A stretch of 64,000 nt of DNA from Candidatus Bathyarchaeota archaeon. GTDB lineage: Archaea; Thermoproteota; Bathyarchaeia; 40CM-2-53-6. The position numbers were made by a program, and so were the translations under genes. The notes beneath the pieces were generated by a model. That model was not told where the DNA came from. It searched no databases and saw only the letters and a list, made by a program, of their open reading frames with translations. The DNA lies in NCBI GenBank assembly GCA_963783645.1, contig CAWAOH010000014.1, positions 66,236 through 130,235 of the forward strand, written 5' to 3'. Positions 1-8,543 of the stretch are shown one piece after another; the first letter of the stretch is position 1; every line of letters begins with the position of its first letter.

Positions 1-297
1 GTAACTGAGGAAGGCGCTAAGGGCGTCAAGATAAAGTGGCTTATCAACAAGAAAGATGGTGCGCCAACCTTTCTGATGCGTCACTTTACACTGGAGGTTA
101 GTGGTTTCACTCCGTTTCACAGTCACGACTGGGAACATGAGGTCTATGTTCTGGAAGGTTATGGAAAGGTTCGATACGAAGACCGGGAAGAGCAAATTGC
201 GCCCGGAGATGCAATTCTGATTCCGCCGAAGACAAAACATCAATTCCAAGCAAGCTCAGAAAAACCTCTCAAGTTTCTCTGCATGGTACCAAAATGA
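1..297 (+). CDS. Cupin-domain protein (5'-partial, frame open to window start)
   Basis: Frame 1 is open from nt 1 (VTEEGAKGVKIKWLINKKDGAPTFLMRHF...), so the ATG at 76 is internal. The HSHDWEHEVYVLEG and PPKTKHQF motifs fit small two-His cupins. Stop TGA at 295-297. Confidence 0.8.
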   Translation, partial: VTEEGAKGVKIKWLINKKDGAPTFLMRHFTLEVSGFTPFHSHDWEHEVYVLEGYGKVRYEDREEQIAPGDAILIPPKTKHQFQASSEKPLKFLCMVPK

Positions 298-383
298 CAC
301 ATGCCTCCCGACTCCAACCGGAGAAAACCAGTCGGTTTGTGTTCGTTCTGTGTACGTACCATTAGCATCTCTATGCTGCTCTC

Positions 384-734
384 TTGCAGCGTTCGACAGC
401 AAAATTACAACCCGAAACAGATCATGCGAGTCTCAAATGCAGATATTGTGGATCACCCGACGTTCGCGGTTGCGGTTTCAGATACAACGCACGGGGCATA
501 GTGAAACGTTACCTGTGTCTCGATTGTGAAAGGAAATTCTCCATACCATACGTTGGTAGGTCGACGGATCACCTTGAACTCGGATGGTTACTCAATGAGA
601 TCGGAATGCTTACTACGAAACTGACGGAACTACTGTCAGATCTCAACGACCATATGGAATTCATCGAAAACTCGACGACAAGTAATGATGCGTCTCGCAC
701 TCCTGACCTCGAGAGTGAAAATAGGAAATCCTAA
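384..734 (+). CDS. Small zinc-ribbon protein (IS1/IS1595 transposase-type Zn-ribbon-like, no catalytic domain)
   Basis: 116-aa ORF. It has paired CxxC motifs (KCRYCGS ... YLCLDCERKF) followed by a helical, acidic tail. No DDE domain follows. Confidence 0.5.
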   Translation: MQRSTAKLQPETDHASLKCRYCGSPDVRGCGFRYNARGIVKRYLCLDCERKFSIPYVGRSTDHLELGWLLNEIGMLTTKLTELLSDLNDHMEFIENSTTSNDASRTPDLESENRKS

Positions 735-747
735 ACTCACAGAACCT

Positions 748-761
748 CCCCCCCCCCCCCC
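748..761. repeat. C14 homopolymer (G14 on minus strand)
   Basis: Direct reading: 14 consecutive C, starting 14 nt after the TAA stop at 732-734. Confidence 0.95.
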
Positions 762-978
762 AAGAAAAATCACATGAGCGACGGTTCAAATTTGACCGCT
801 CGCACCATTAGACCCACCACCAGGTTACCTTGCTTGAATGATATGCATATCAATAGAGAATCTTGATGGATATAATCGAACTATAGCTCTCCTTTTGTGT
901 TACCGCAATCCCAAGCTCGCGGTGACACCATCGGCTAATCTCAGATGCTACAGGGTTTCAGAAGTCAGATGTGATTGG

Positions 979-1734
979 ATGCGAGCTAGGTATCTGATTG
1001 GCACAGTTGTTGCAGCTTTAATCACTGTGGCTTACTTCTGGTTGCAATCGTCTGAACTTCTAGTTTCTGTGACAGATTACGTATTTGTGTTAGCCTCTGG
1101 AATCTGCTCGATTCTTGCGTTCTTGGTGATTCGTCATTGGGGGTTTCGAGGCAAGGTCGGGCTTGTGCATCTTGGGTTATTTCTTGGCATTTTCCTATGG
1201 TTCTTGGGAGACACGGCGTGGGCTATTTATGAGACTGTCTTTCAAATCGAGATTCCATACCCTTCGTTTGCCGATGTATTCTACCTAGTGGGTTACATTC
1301 CTGTTGCAATAGGTGTCGTTCGATTTCTGTGGACTTTCCGTGCGGGCCTCAAAAGACAGATGGCTCTCGTTGCCTTGGGGGTAGGGCTGCTCTTTCTTGG
1401 CTTGACGTACGCCTTTCTCATAGGTCCGTTAGTCGTGTCGACTGAGGATTTCCTGACGAAGAGTTACGATGTGGCGTATCCAGTTCTTGATTCGATGCTT
1501 GTCGTGCTTGCTATTTTCATGTTCTTCGTCTTTAGAGGAGGGAAATTGGCTGGTGCATGGGTCTGGATTTCTCTTGGCCTGCTCTTGACCGCGTTGGCGG
1601 ACCTAGCTTTCAGTCTAGGGAGCTTGCAAGGATGGTATTATTCAGGTCATCCGATCGAGCTGATTCAATTCTGGGGATATATCGCCCTAGCATTAGGTTT
1701 AGACGAGCAAAGAAACACGCAAATATCCAGTTGA
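979..1734 (+). CDS. Polytopic membrane protein (about 7-8 TM helices, sensor-type membrane module without output domain)
   Basis: The ORF track gives 838..1734, but the first 47 codons look non-coding. The ATG at 979 precedes the first hydrophobic helix (MRARYLIGTVVAALITVAYFW). Hydrophobic segments alternate to the C-terminus, and a W..GDT.W..YE...PYPS.AD.FYL motif is present. Confidence 0.6.
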   Translation: MRARYLIGTVVAALITVAYFWLQSSELLVSVTDYVFVLASGICSILAFLVIRHWGFRGKVGLVHLGLFLGIFLWFLGDTAWAIYETVFQIEIPYPSFADVFYLVGYIPVAIGVVRFLWTFRAGLKRQMALVALGVGLLFLGLTYAFLIGPLVVSTEDFLTKSYDVAYPVLDSMLVVLAIFMFFVFRGGKLAGAWVWISLGLLLTALADLAFSLGSLQGWYYSGHPIELIQFWGYIALALGLDEQRNTQISS

Positions 1735-1740
1735 TCCCAC

Positions 1741-2067
1741 TTGAATGATCGACCAGACCAAGACTTCAACGTGATCTTGATCGAATCCATACATGAAACC
1801 ATAGCTCAGCTTCTCAGTCCTAAGGTCGCTGAAATGATCTTTGAACACTTGGAGAAATTTCACTCAGTCAAAAAGGACGAGGTACCTTCCCGATTGGACA
1901 TGCTCCTCCTGGCATTGAAGACGAATTTCGGATCGAGCAGTAGCCAAGTCATAGGAAAGGCGATTGCAAGGAGATTCTATTCTCGGTTAGGTCTTGAGTT
2001 CTCTGACAATCCGCAAAGAACTCTAATAGGCTACGTTGAAAACGCCAAGCTGATGCAGCAGAAGTGA
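1741..2067 (+). CDS. Hypothetical soluble protein (108 aa), immediately downstream of the membrane protein
   Basis: ORF with a TTG start 7 nt after the preceding stop. Helical, coding-like composition. I recognise no family. Confidence 0.4.
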   Translation: MNDRPDQDFNVILIESIHETIAQLLSPKVAEMIFEHLEKFHSVKKDEVPSRLDMLLLALKTNFGSSSSQVIGKAIARRFYSRLGLEFSDNPQRTLIGYVENAKLMQQK

Positions 2068-2076
2068 AGTCTTGGT

Positions 2077-2428
2077 GTGTGGTTCGTTCTGGGGGGAAGT
2101 GGGTCAGGGGCTGCGTCCGTTACTCTGGCTGGGCCAGGTGGTTCACCGACGTTAAGCGAATCCGGACAAACCGTCTATGACAGAACAACGTACGCAAGCG
2201 GCTCCACAACCCCAACAAACATTCACCAGCGTCACCTTCAACATAAGCGCCAACTCACCAACTAGTCCCCAAACCTGGACCGTTCTAGTCTCCCTGTCTG
2301 GCAGTTACACAATCACCATTGAAGTTGCATGACCACTCCAGCCCGGCCCAGGCAACTACGTTTCCTTCAGCGTGCTCCAAGTTCAAGTGGCTGCATCTAT
2401 ACTGGATTATGTCTATTCTGAAAAGTGA
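2077..2428 (+). pseudogene. Remnant of a beta-rich (Ig-like) surface-protein gene
   Basis: Coding-like pieces lie in two frames (SVTLAGPGGSPTLSESGQTV; QTFTSVTFNISANSPTSPQTWTVLVSLSGSYTITIEVA). They continue through an in-frame TGA (2330-2332) into PLQPGPGNYVSFSVLQVQV. No N-terminus or signal peptide. Confidence 0.3.
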
Positions 2429-2477
2429 CAGAATGGACTGACGGGAAGGTACCGTCACCCTGTCATCCAGAATCGTC

Positions 2478-2512
2478 GTCGATTTAAGGCCTTAAGCCGC
2501 TGTCGATTTAAG
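2478..2512. repeat. Direct repeat GTCGATTTAAG x2 (2478-2488, 2502-2512) flanking a 12-bp palindrome TTAAGGCCTTAA (2484-2495)
   Basis: Read directly. It lies in the convergent intergenic space downstream of tRNA-Thr. Function unknown. Confidence 0.6.
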
Positions 2513-2571
2513 CCCAAGCACAAAATCAATCCAAGTACAGATTAGGAATTATTTGCCGGTCTCTAGTATCG

Positions 2572-2675
2572 TGGAGCCCCGGGCGGGGTTTGAACCCGCG
2601 ACCTTCGCCTCTTCGTTCAACTACTACCAAGGCGGCGCTCTTGGCACATTCTCTACCAGGCTGAGCCACCGGGGC
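2572..2675 (-). tRNA. tRNA-Thr(GGU) with two introns and encoded CCA
   Basis: The reverse complement reads GCCCCGG TG GCTC AGCCTGGTA GAG[13-nt insert]C G CCGCC TTGGTA[14-nt intron]A GGCGA AGGTC GCGGG TTCAAAC CCCGC CCGGGGC T CCA. The 77-nt mature form plus 13 plus 14 nt equals the 104 nt observed. The acceptor stem and U73 match archaeal tRNA-Thr. Introns lie at about 2638-2650 (D-arm, non-canonical) and 2611-2624 (37/38). There is one C27-A43 mismatch. Confidence 0.75.
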
Positions 2676-2734
2676 AACGAACGGCAGCGGTACAGCAAAT
2701 CCTGATCTTTAACCTTGACGTCTTGTGTCTTTAG

Positions 2735-3661
2735 CTAGAGTTCATTCGCGGTCTTGGTTGTTGTCGATATGCTCCATATTGCGTGTGACTTTCCTCGAAG
2801 CCGATCTACTCCCGCAAGCAGATTAGCTGCGAGTTCAAGTAGCGCTGTGGCCATGCCGCTTCGAATACTACCATGCAGCGCAAAGTATTCGGCGAGGATT
2901 CTGAGGGTCACTATCGGACGAATTACTGCCGAGTAAAAGAGGAATTGTGAAAACTGCCCTGTCCGATCGTGTACTTGATAATGTCCCGCAATGATTCTTC
3001 TTCTTTGTTTAATGTAATCCCCAACCGTTTGCGGCCCCAACACACCCACCTGTGATTTTGGTGCGTATTTGATCGAGTAGCCGAGGCTCTTGGTCTTCAC
3101 TGCAAGGTATGCATCATCGTTTACCAAATCTGCGGGAATCCTTGGCACGATTCCTTTTCGAATACAGAACACCTCACTCGCATGCATCAGTAACCCAGCA
3201 TCATTCAGCTCCTGAAGTTGCCAGTTGTGAAACCCCCATAACGTCTCTACTATTCCTCGCATTAACGGGCGTCCGCGACGCACTGGAATCGGTCGGCCGC
3301 ACGAGATTCCCACTATGGAGTCGGCCAATGGTTCGAGCAGTGCAAGCAAACAGTTGGGTTCAGGGATCACGTCAGCTGAGACGAATGCTATATTCTCTCC
3401 CTTCGCGTTAGCGAGAATCAGGTTAACCGCAGATGCTTTACCAAGTCTAGTAGGTTCTTCAATCAACCTCACTCGCGAATCTCGTGCTGCGAATTCTTTC
3501 ACGATATCGGGAGTGGCATCTTCGCAGCCAGAGCAGACCACAATTATCTCCGAGTCACTCGAGATACCCTGCTCCCGCGTGATGTTCCTGAGGAGCCTCC
3601 TCATGTTCCAGGCTTCGTTGTAGGCACAAACACCGACCGTTAGTGACGTCAAGACTCTCAC
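2735..3661 (-). CDS. Family 2 glycosyltransferase
   Basis: 308 aa. The N-terminal VGVCAYNEA...IIVVCSGCEDATPDIV...GKASAVN...FVSADV pattern is typical of GT-A/GT2 enzymes. Confidence 0.85.
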   Translation of the reverse strand: MRVLTSLTVGVCAYNEAWNMRRLLRNITREQGISSDSEIIVVCSGCEDATPDIVKEFAARDSRVRLIEEPTRLGKASAVNLILANAKGENIAFVSADVIPEPNCLLALLEPLADSIVGISCGRPIPVRRGRPLMRGIVETLWGFHNWQLQELNDAGLLMHASEVFCIRKGIVPRIPADLVNDDAYLAVKTKSLGYSIKYAPKSQVGVLGPQTVGDYIKQRRRIIAGHYQVHDRTGQFSQFLFYSAVIRPIVTLRILAEYFALHGSIRSGMATALLELAANLLAGVDRLRGKSHAIWSISTTTKTANEL

Positions 3662-3676
3662 GTTACTCAGATACTA

Positions 3677-4633
3677 CTAGGGTTCCTGCCAAAGCTCTCG
3701 AAGCCACATATAGAAGTTTGACGTGTACACGCAGGAATTCCGGGAAAGAATGGGATCAAACAGGCGCATCTGTTGTCCGTGCGACTTCAGCTTAAGGTTA
3801 GTCAAGTAGGCACGAAGACGGAGGTACCGGTTGAGGAAGAAGAAAGCAAGTCCTTCTGCCCAATCAAGTAAGATTGGAATCTGAGACTCAGCCTCCGCCT
3901 TTCTACTGTAGCTCGGAAGACCGTTCAATTTAGCAACGTAAGGAGACGCGTGCATGGTTTCCACCCACCTATTCTCCTCAAGTACTCTTCTGTAGTGTCC
4001 TTTGCCTGCGAGTGGAACAGCTTTCAGAAGTTCGCGCGCGAACAAGGGATTGACGCTTTTACGTGCCTCAGTCCTGAAGCCGTGTTCGTCGTGAACATAA
4101 CTCATGCAGAAAGGCAAGAGCATAGCGGGTTGGAGGCGTAGCATTTTAAATACCCTCACAAAAACCAAAGCGAAGAAAATTGAGAGCCACAACCGGTTCC
4201 TTTTCGTTATGATGAAGAGGTCGATATCGTCACGTTTCCCAGCGCTTCCATAGGCAACGCTACCAGTCACCGCTATAGTCATAATCCAAGGGACCAGTCT
4301 AACCAAAGCATTAGCGAACTTCCCAGCCGACTTCAGTTTCTCTGCAGAAATAGCTTCCCTGATTGATCGAATGCCCCAATCTTGACCTGGCCGAGTTAAC
4401 AGATAACCGTTATCGAGCCTGAACGGAATATCTCCGAACTCACCATTGAGCATCATCTGACGCAGTTGATGTCCAGAAATATTCACTCCAGGCAGAAAAT
4501 AGTCCGCAACCTCGTCCAGTGTAAATGGAAAGTCCAAGTAGGAAGATACATGGTAGACAGTCACTAAGCTACGATGAAGATCCTCAACGAATGACTGTTT
4601 CATCGAACCTTCCAACATGATCTCTCCATCCAA
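3677..4633 (-). CDS. Nucleotidyltransferase-fold protein (pol-beta superfamily-like), function unknown
   Basis: 318 aa. TGSVAYGSAGKRDDIDLFII matches the G-S...D-x-D minimal NTase signature. It lies 16 nt upstream of the GT2 gene on the same strand. Confidence 0.55.
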   Translation of the reverse strand: MDGEIMLEGSMKQSFVEDLHRSLVTVYHVSSYLDFPFTLDEVADYFLPGVNISGHQLRQMMLNGEFGDIPFRLDNGYLLTRPGQDWGIRSIREAISAEKLKSAGKFANALVRLVPWIMTIAVTGSVAYGSAGKRDDIDLFIITKRNRLWLSIFFALVFVRVFKMLRLQPAMLLPFCMSYVHDEHGFRTEARKSVNPLFARELLKAVPLAGKGHYRRVLEENRWVETMHASPYVAKLNGLPSYSRKAEAESQIPILLDWAEGLAFFFLNRYLRLRAYLTNLKLKSHGQQMRLFDPILSRNSCVYTSNFYMWLRELWQEP

Positions 4634-4752
4634 CTTGGGTTAAGTCCTAGTGTACTACTACGCATGTAGTAAGTCAACAAGAGGAGTTTACTATTTATTC
4701 CTTTAGTTACGAAGCTCTTGAACTGCGATAATACTCGGCAATCGCATGTCGC

Positions 4753-5769
4753 TCAATTAACGGAACGTTTCAGGGTCCTCGCACGTCTCCAAATCATGTA
4801 CACCGTCAATGCTGCAGCGAGTGATACAATAGGGATCGAAACCTGTAGGAAACCAACGGATTCCTCGTTCGGCGCACGATTTGACATCACGAACATCGAG
4901 TAGATTGTTCCGTTCCAATGAAAGTTGTAACCCTCGATATTGAGATAAAGGTATGAGATTACGGGTGGACTCGCTTGAGAAGTTTGTAAACCCAGAATTC
5001 TCAGAGTATCATCAAGATACGGAGAGAGATGAACTAAGATCGTCATGTTTCCCGTACCAGATATTTGGGTGGGATGATAAACTACGACGTTAGAGCTGAC
5101 CACTGCGTAGGCAGTTGCGTCGCTAAGATTGAGCACGTTGGAACTGTTCTGGTCCATCCAGAAATTGACGACAGTGTACACCAGTTTCTTGGGAGCACTG
5201 GGAACGTATTGGGTCGCCGCTAAGCCAAGAGCTACCCATCGATTGTCATTCCTGAAGAATGAAGGAGTGGTCCAGTTCAGAGACACGCTAACCGTCCAAT
5301 CCCAATCAGTTCTGAGGCCGACATAGGCAGGCGCAGTGAAATCTGTTGTGTAATTTGCAACATTAACTGCTGGTGGGAGAAATCCGGCCCTTACATAATT
5401 GTAGTCTCCCCAATCAGGGCGCCTGTATTGTTGCGTTCTTGGTATCTCGTTGAAGTTACAGCATTGTGGGCCAACCGCGAGATGAGGGAGTTGAACTTGC
5501 AAATGTTCCCATGGGCCGACGCTGTAACCGATTCTAGCATATCCCTCTCCCATTTCCCACGATATGGAGGTGTTCGTTAACCCAACTTGAAACCCAGGAA
5601 TGAAATTCGGATCGTAGATTGGCCCAACGCTTGATGAGGTTAGAGTGGGATCAAGATTGTACGTGTAGTATCCTGGTAACGCGTGTAATGAGATCCCATT
5701 ATTCACTGTGACCCCTGGCGGCACAGTGCCCAACATGAGAATTGTGAGCAAGAGGAGATAATACCGCAT
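4753..5769 (-). CDS. Secreted, C-terminally membrane-anchored glycoprotein candidate
   Basis: 338 aa with an N-terminal signal-like helix (MRYYLLLLTILMLGTVPPG) and a C-terminal TM helix plus basic tail (IVSLAAALTVYMIWRRARTLKR). Many N-x-S/T sequons. The start overlaps the upstream stop by 1 nt. Confidence 0.65.
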   Translation of the reverse strand: MRYYLLLLTILMLGTVPPGVTVNNGISLHALPGYYTYNLDPTLTSSSVGPIYDPNFIPGFQVGLTNTSISWEMGEGYARIGYSVGPWEHLQVQLPHLAVGPQCCNFNEIPRTQQYRRPDWGDYNYVRAGFLPPAVNVANYTTDFTAPAYVGLRTDWDWTVSVSLNWTTPSFFRNDNRWVALGLAATQYVPSAPKKLVYTVVNFWMDQNSSNVLNLSDATAYAVVSSNVVVYHPTQISGTGNMTILVHLSPYLDDTLRILGLQTSQASPPVISYLYLNIEGYNFHWNGTIYSMFVMSNRAPNEESVGFLQVSIPIVSLAAALTVYMIWRRARTLKRSVN

Positions 5770-6494
5770 CAGGGCGTCCTCGGAACAAGCTTGTAGACCG
5801 TGATATCCATCTCACCCGCGGTGAACTCTGAACCGGCCAGTCCGTAAACGTAGAATGAGGCCAGGTTCGCCCAAGCGATGGGATAATCAGATAACACTAC
5901 CGTTTGGCCCACAAGAATTGTCAAGTTTCCGTTGGGTCTTGGTGCGAGCTGCGGGTTCACGGGAACGGGGGGAGCGTAACTTACGAATTTGAGCGTGATA
6001 TTCTCAGAAGTAAGAGATGTCGAATTGAATAGGACCAACCCGTATGATTTCGGCCAGTCTTGTGCAAAATACTCTATTCTTAGCAAACCATCCCCACGCT
6101 CCTGCACGATGATTGTTGGGATTGACAGGTTCTCATATGGATACTCGGGAGAAATTGCAACTTGTGCCTCTGTGGTTGGTTTCTGATCTGTGGTAGTCAG
6201 GTTGCTCGTGAGCGTAATCATCCAAGACCCATCATTCGGCTGACTGAGCGCGTATTCTGTGTCATTTGAGATGGGCTGATTGAATTGATCGAAGGGTACA
6301 ACGAAGGTTTGAGGATTAACAGCATTGAACTGTGGCGATAATTGGGCGATACTCGTTCGTGGAATCAGAGAGGCAAGGGCAACACTTTCCAAGCCAATGA
6401 TTACTAATAGAAGGAGGATCAGAAACCTTTGCTTATCCACGTTACAATGCACCTGTCGGCGATCGTAGTGATAGGTGCTATAAATCCTCATCAA
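5769..6494 (-). CDS. Secreted glycoprotein candidate (signal anchor, beta-rich)
   Basis: 241 aa. A hydrophobic N-terminal segment (FLILLLLVIIGLESVALASL) and several N-x-S/T sequons. Co-oriented with and abutting the next gene. Confidence 0.6.
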   Translation of the reverse strand: MMRIYSTYHYDRRQVHCNVDKQRFLILLLLVIIGLESVALASLIPRTSIAQLSPQFNAVNPQTFVVPFDQFNQPISNDTEYALSQPNDGSWMITLTSNLTTTDQKPTTEAQVAISPEYPYENLSIPTIIVQERGDGLLRIEYFAQDWPKSYGLVLFNSTSLTSENITLKFVSYAPPVPVNPQLAPRPNGNLTILVGQTVVLSDYPIAWANLASFYVYGLAGSEFTAGEMDITVYKLVPRTP

Positions 6495-6552
6495 ACTTAA
6501 CTCCCAGTCAATAGCTCAGGAGTTTTGAGCCTTACACCTGAGTGATCACAAG

Positions 6553-7788
6553 ATGGCATCAATGCAGCCTCCCTCGAGTCTCGTACTTGAGGACACAACT
6601 AAGATTGTTACAAAGGGGAGAACGACCGGGCTCCCTCACATTGTCCGTGTGAGGTTCGTGTCGCTGAATGGAAAATTCTACGCCATGGCAGGAAGCGAAC
6701 GAAGTGACTGGGTTCGCAATTCTTTGAGACAAAGAAAAGCAAAACTCAGACTCCACGAGTATGTGTGGAACGTTTCTGTAAAGAAAATCGATTTGAAAGA
6801 AAAAGACATTGTTCTCCAAGCTTTCTCGAGAAAGTACGGAACCAGAGTTGTACGTGACTGGTACGTCAACTCGCCAGTTTGCCTTTGTTTTGTTCCTACA
6901 GGGCGACCGGGAAAGAGAGCAGCAGTCAGAGGCGAGAGCGAAGTAGCTACCACATTCAGAGAATGGAAAACAAGGAATACCGATTATTATAGAGGTGTCG
7001 CGAACGCATTTGATTCAGCCGCCGAAGAATACGACTTTACTATCAGCAACAATTACATCAACACTTGGATTAGAGAAAGAACCATTCATGAACTTCTACG
7101 ATTAGCGCAACCTGAAGACATCCTAGTGGAGATTGGGTGCGGCACCGGCGCAGAAGCAATTGCAATCGCGATGAGAGTGTCCAAGATAATTGCCACCGAC
7201 ATCTCCGCTCAAATGATTAATCTACTGACGACCAAGATTCGTGCCAAAGGATTGACCGGGAAGATTATTCCGTTCTTGGCTAGTGCTTCCGAGATTTCGA
7301 CAATCAGCAACGTTCTAAACGGACAGAAACCCAGGATCGTCTACTCGTTTAACGGAGCACTCAACTGTGAACCCAGACTCACGAATTTTGTTGATGGACT
7401 TCATTCAATCCTGGCTGATGATGGATACTTTGTCTGCACAATCCGGAATTCACTATGCCTCACGGAAGCGATCGCTCACGCGGCAGTACTTCAATTCGAT
7501 CGGATGGCACCCAGGAAAGAACAGCCGATCATGGTCTCGGTTGGTGGCTTGGATATACCTTCAGTTTACTATTCGCCTTCAGCTTTCGCTCGGGCCTTTT
7601 CAGGAAAATTCAAACTTGAGAAGCTGATTGGACTCCCATCACTCCTTCCTCCTGCATACCTAAGCGACTACTATGTCAAGTTCAAACGCATAACGGGCAT
7701 ACTCGAGAAGTTCGAGACCGTTCTATCAGGGCACTTTCCGCTGAACAGACTCGGCGACCAAACACTGTTCATATTCAAGAAAGTGTAG
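6553..7788 (+). CDS. Fusion protein: split-barrel deazaflavin/flavin-dependent nitroreductase-like (DUF385-like) N-domain plus class I SAM methyltransferase
   Basis: N-terminus: TKGRTTGLPHIVRVRFVSLNGKFYAMAGSERSDWVRNS...FSRKYG. C-terminus: ILVEIGCGTGAEAIAIA (SAM motif I) with downstream MTase motifs. Confidence 0.7.
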   Translation: MASMQPPSSLVLEDTTKIVTKGRTTGLPHIVRVRFVSLNGKFYAMAGSERSDWVRNSLRQRKAKLRLHEYVWNVSVKKIDLKEKDIVLQAFSRKYGTRVVRDWYVNSPVCLCFVPTGRPGKRAAVRGESEVATTFREWKTRNTDYYRGVANAFDSAAEEYDFTISNNYINTWIRERTIHELLRLAQPEDILVEIGCGTGAEAIAIAMRVSKIIATDISAQMINLLTTKIRAKGLTGKIIPFLASASEISTISNVLNGQKPRIVYSFNGALNCEPRLTNFVDGLHSILADDGYFVCTIRNSLCLTEAIAHAAVLQFDRMAPRKEQPIMVSVGGLDIPSVYYSPSAFARAFSGKFKLEKLIGLPSLLPPAYLSDYYVKFKRITGILEKFETVLSGHFPLNRLGDQTLFIFKKV

Positions 7789-7888
7789 TTCGTCTCTTCG
7801 GTAATGTTTGTTTAGCACCTAGTAGTAAGTTGATATGCGGAATGACGTGGATGGACTGACCTGCACCGAGGCGCCTCACGCCAAATGA

Positions 7889-7902
7889 GGAGATGCATCT
7901 CC
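7889..7902. promoter_or_regulatory. 14-bp perfect palindrome GGAGATGCATCTCC upstream of the PRT gene (possible operator)
   Basis: Read directly. It sits about 52-65 nt upstream of the ATG at 7954. A TTATAC TATA-like element lies about 30 nt upstream of that ATG. Confidence 0.25.
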
Positions 7903-7953
7903 GCTGACCGCAAAAACGCTTATACTGAATATCGAGCTCTTGCGCTAACATTG

Positions 7954-8483
7954 ATGCCTAGATGTCGGACTCGCGAAACTATCGTCGCTCCTGGATGGGA
8001 TCAGGTCTACGCGATGCTCCTCGATTTGGCATTAGAATGCAAGTCTGGTTTCAAAGCAGATCTATAGTTGGTGTCTCAAGAGGAGGATGGGCGCCTGCAA
8101 GGATCCTTTCTGATCTCCTAGAAAACGCCCGCACGGCAAATATCAGAATTGAATTCTATACCGGACTAGGAAAGACTCGTTCAAAACCAATAGTAACGCA
8201 ACCCATCAGCGATAAAATCGCTGGCAAAAACGCCCTAGTTGTAGATGACGTATCGGATACTGGAGAAAGCCTGAAAGTGGCATTGGAGCACCTTTTGAAG
8301 ATGGGTGCTGCCTCTGTCAAGACAGTCACGATTTACTTCAAGCCACACAGCATCCTCAAACCTGACTACTTCGCCGAATCCACTAGCGACTGGATAATTT
8401 TCCCGTGGGAACGCTTAGAAGCGACGAGGCTCTTAATCGATGAAGCAAGGGCGGAAGGGCGCAGATATCGAATCGGTTCGTGA
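7954..8483 (+). pseudogene. Purine (hypoxanthine/guanine/xanthine-type) phosphoribosyltransferase, frameshifted
   Basis: The N-terminus (MPRCRTRETIVAPGWDQVYAMLLDLALECKSGFKADL) is in frame 1 and ends at TAG 8065-8067. The protein continues in frame 3 (IVGVSRGGWAPARILSDL...ALVVDDVSDTGESL...FPWE). A second shift near 8460 may extend the C-terminus (ADIESVREILRKCNFSETIIDRLVS) in frame 1. Confidence 0.8.
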
Positions 8484-8543
8484 AATTCTCAGAAAATGTA
8501 ACTTTAGTGAAACCATAATCGATAGACTTGTTTCAACTTGCAA

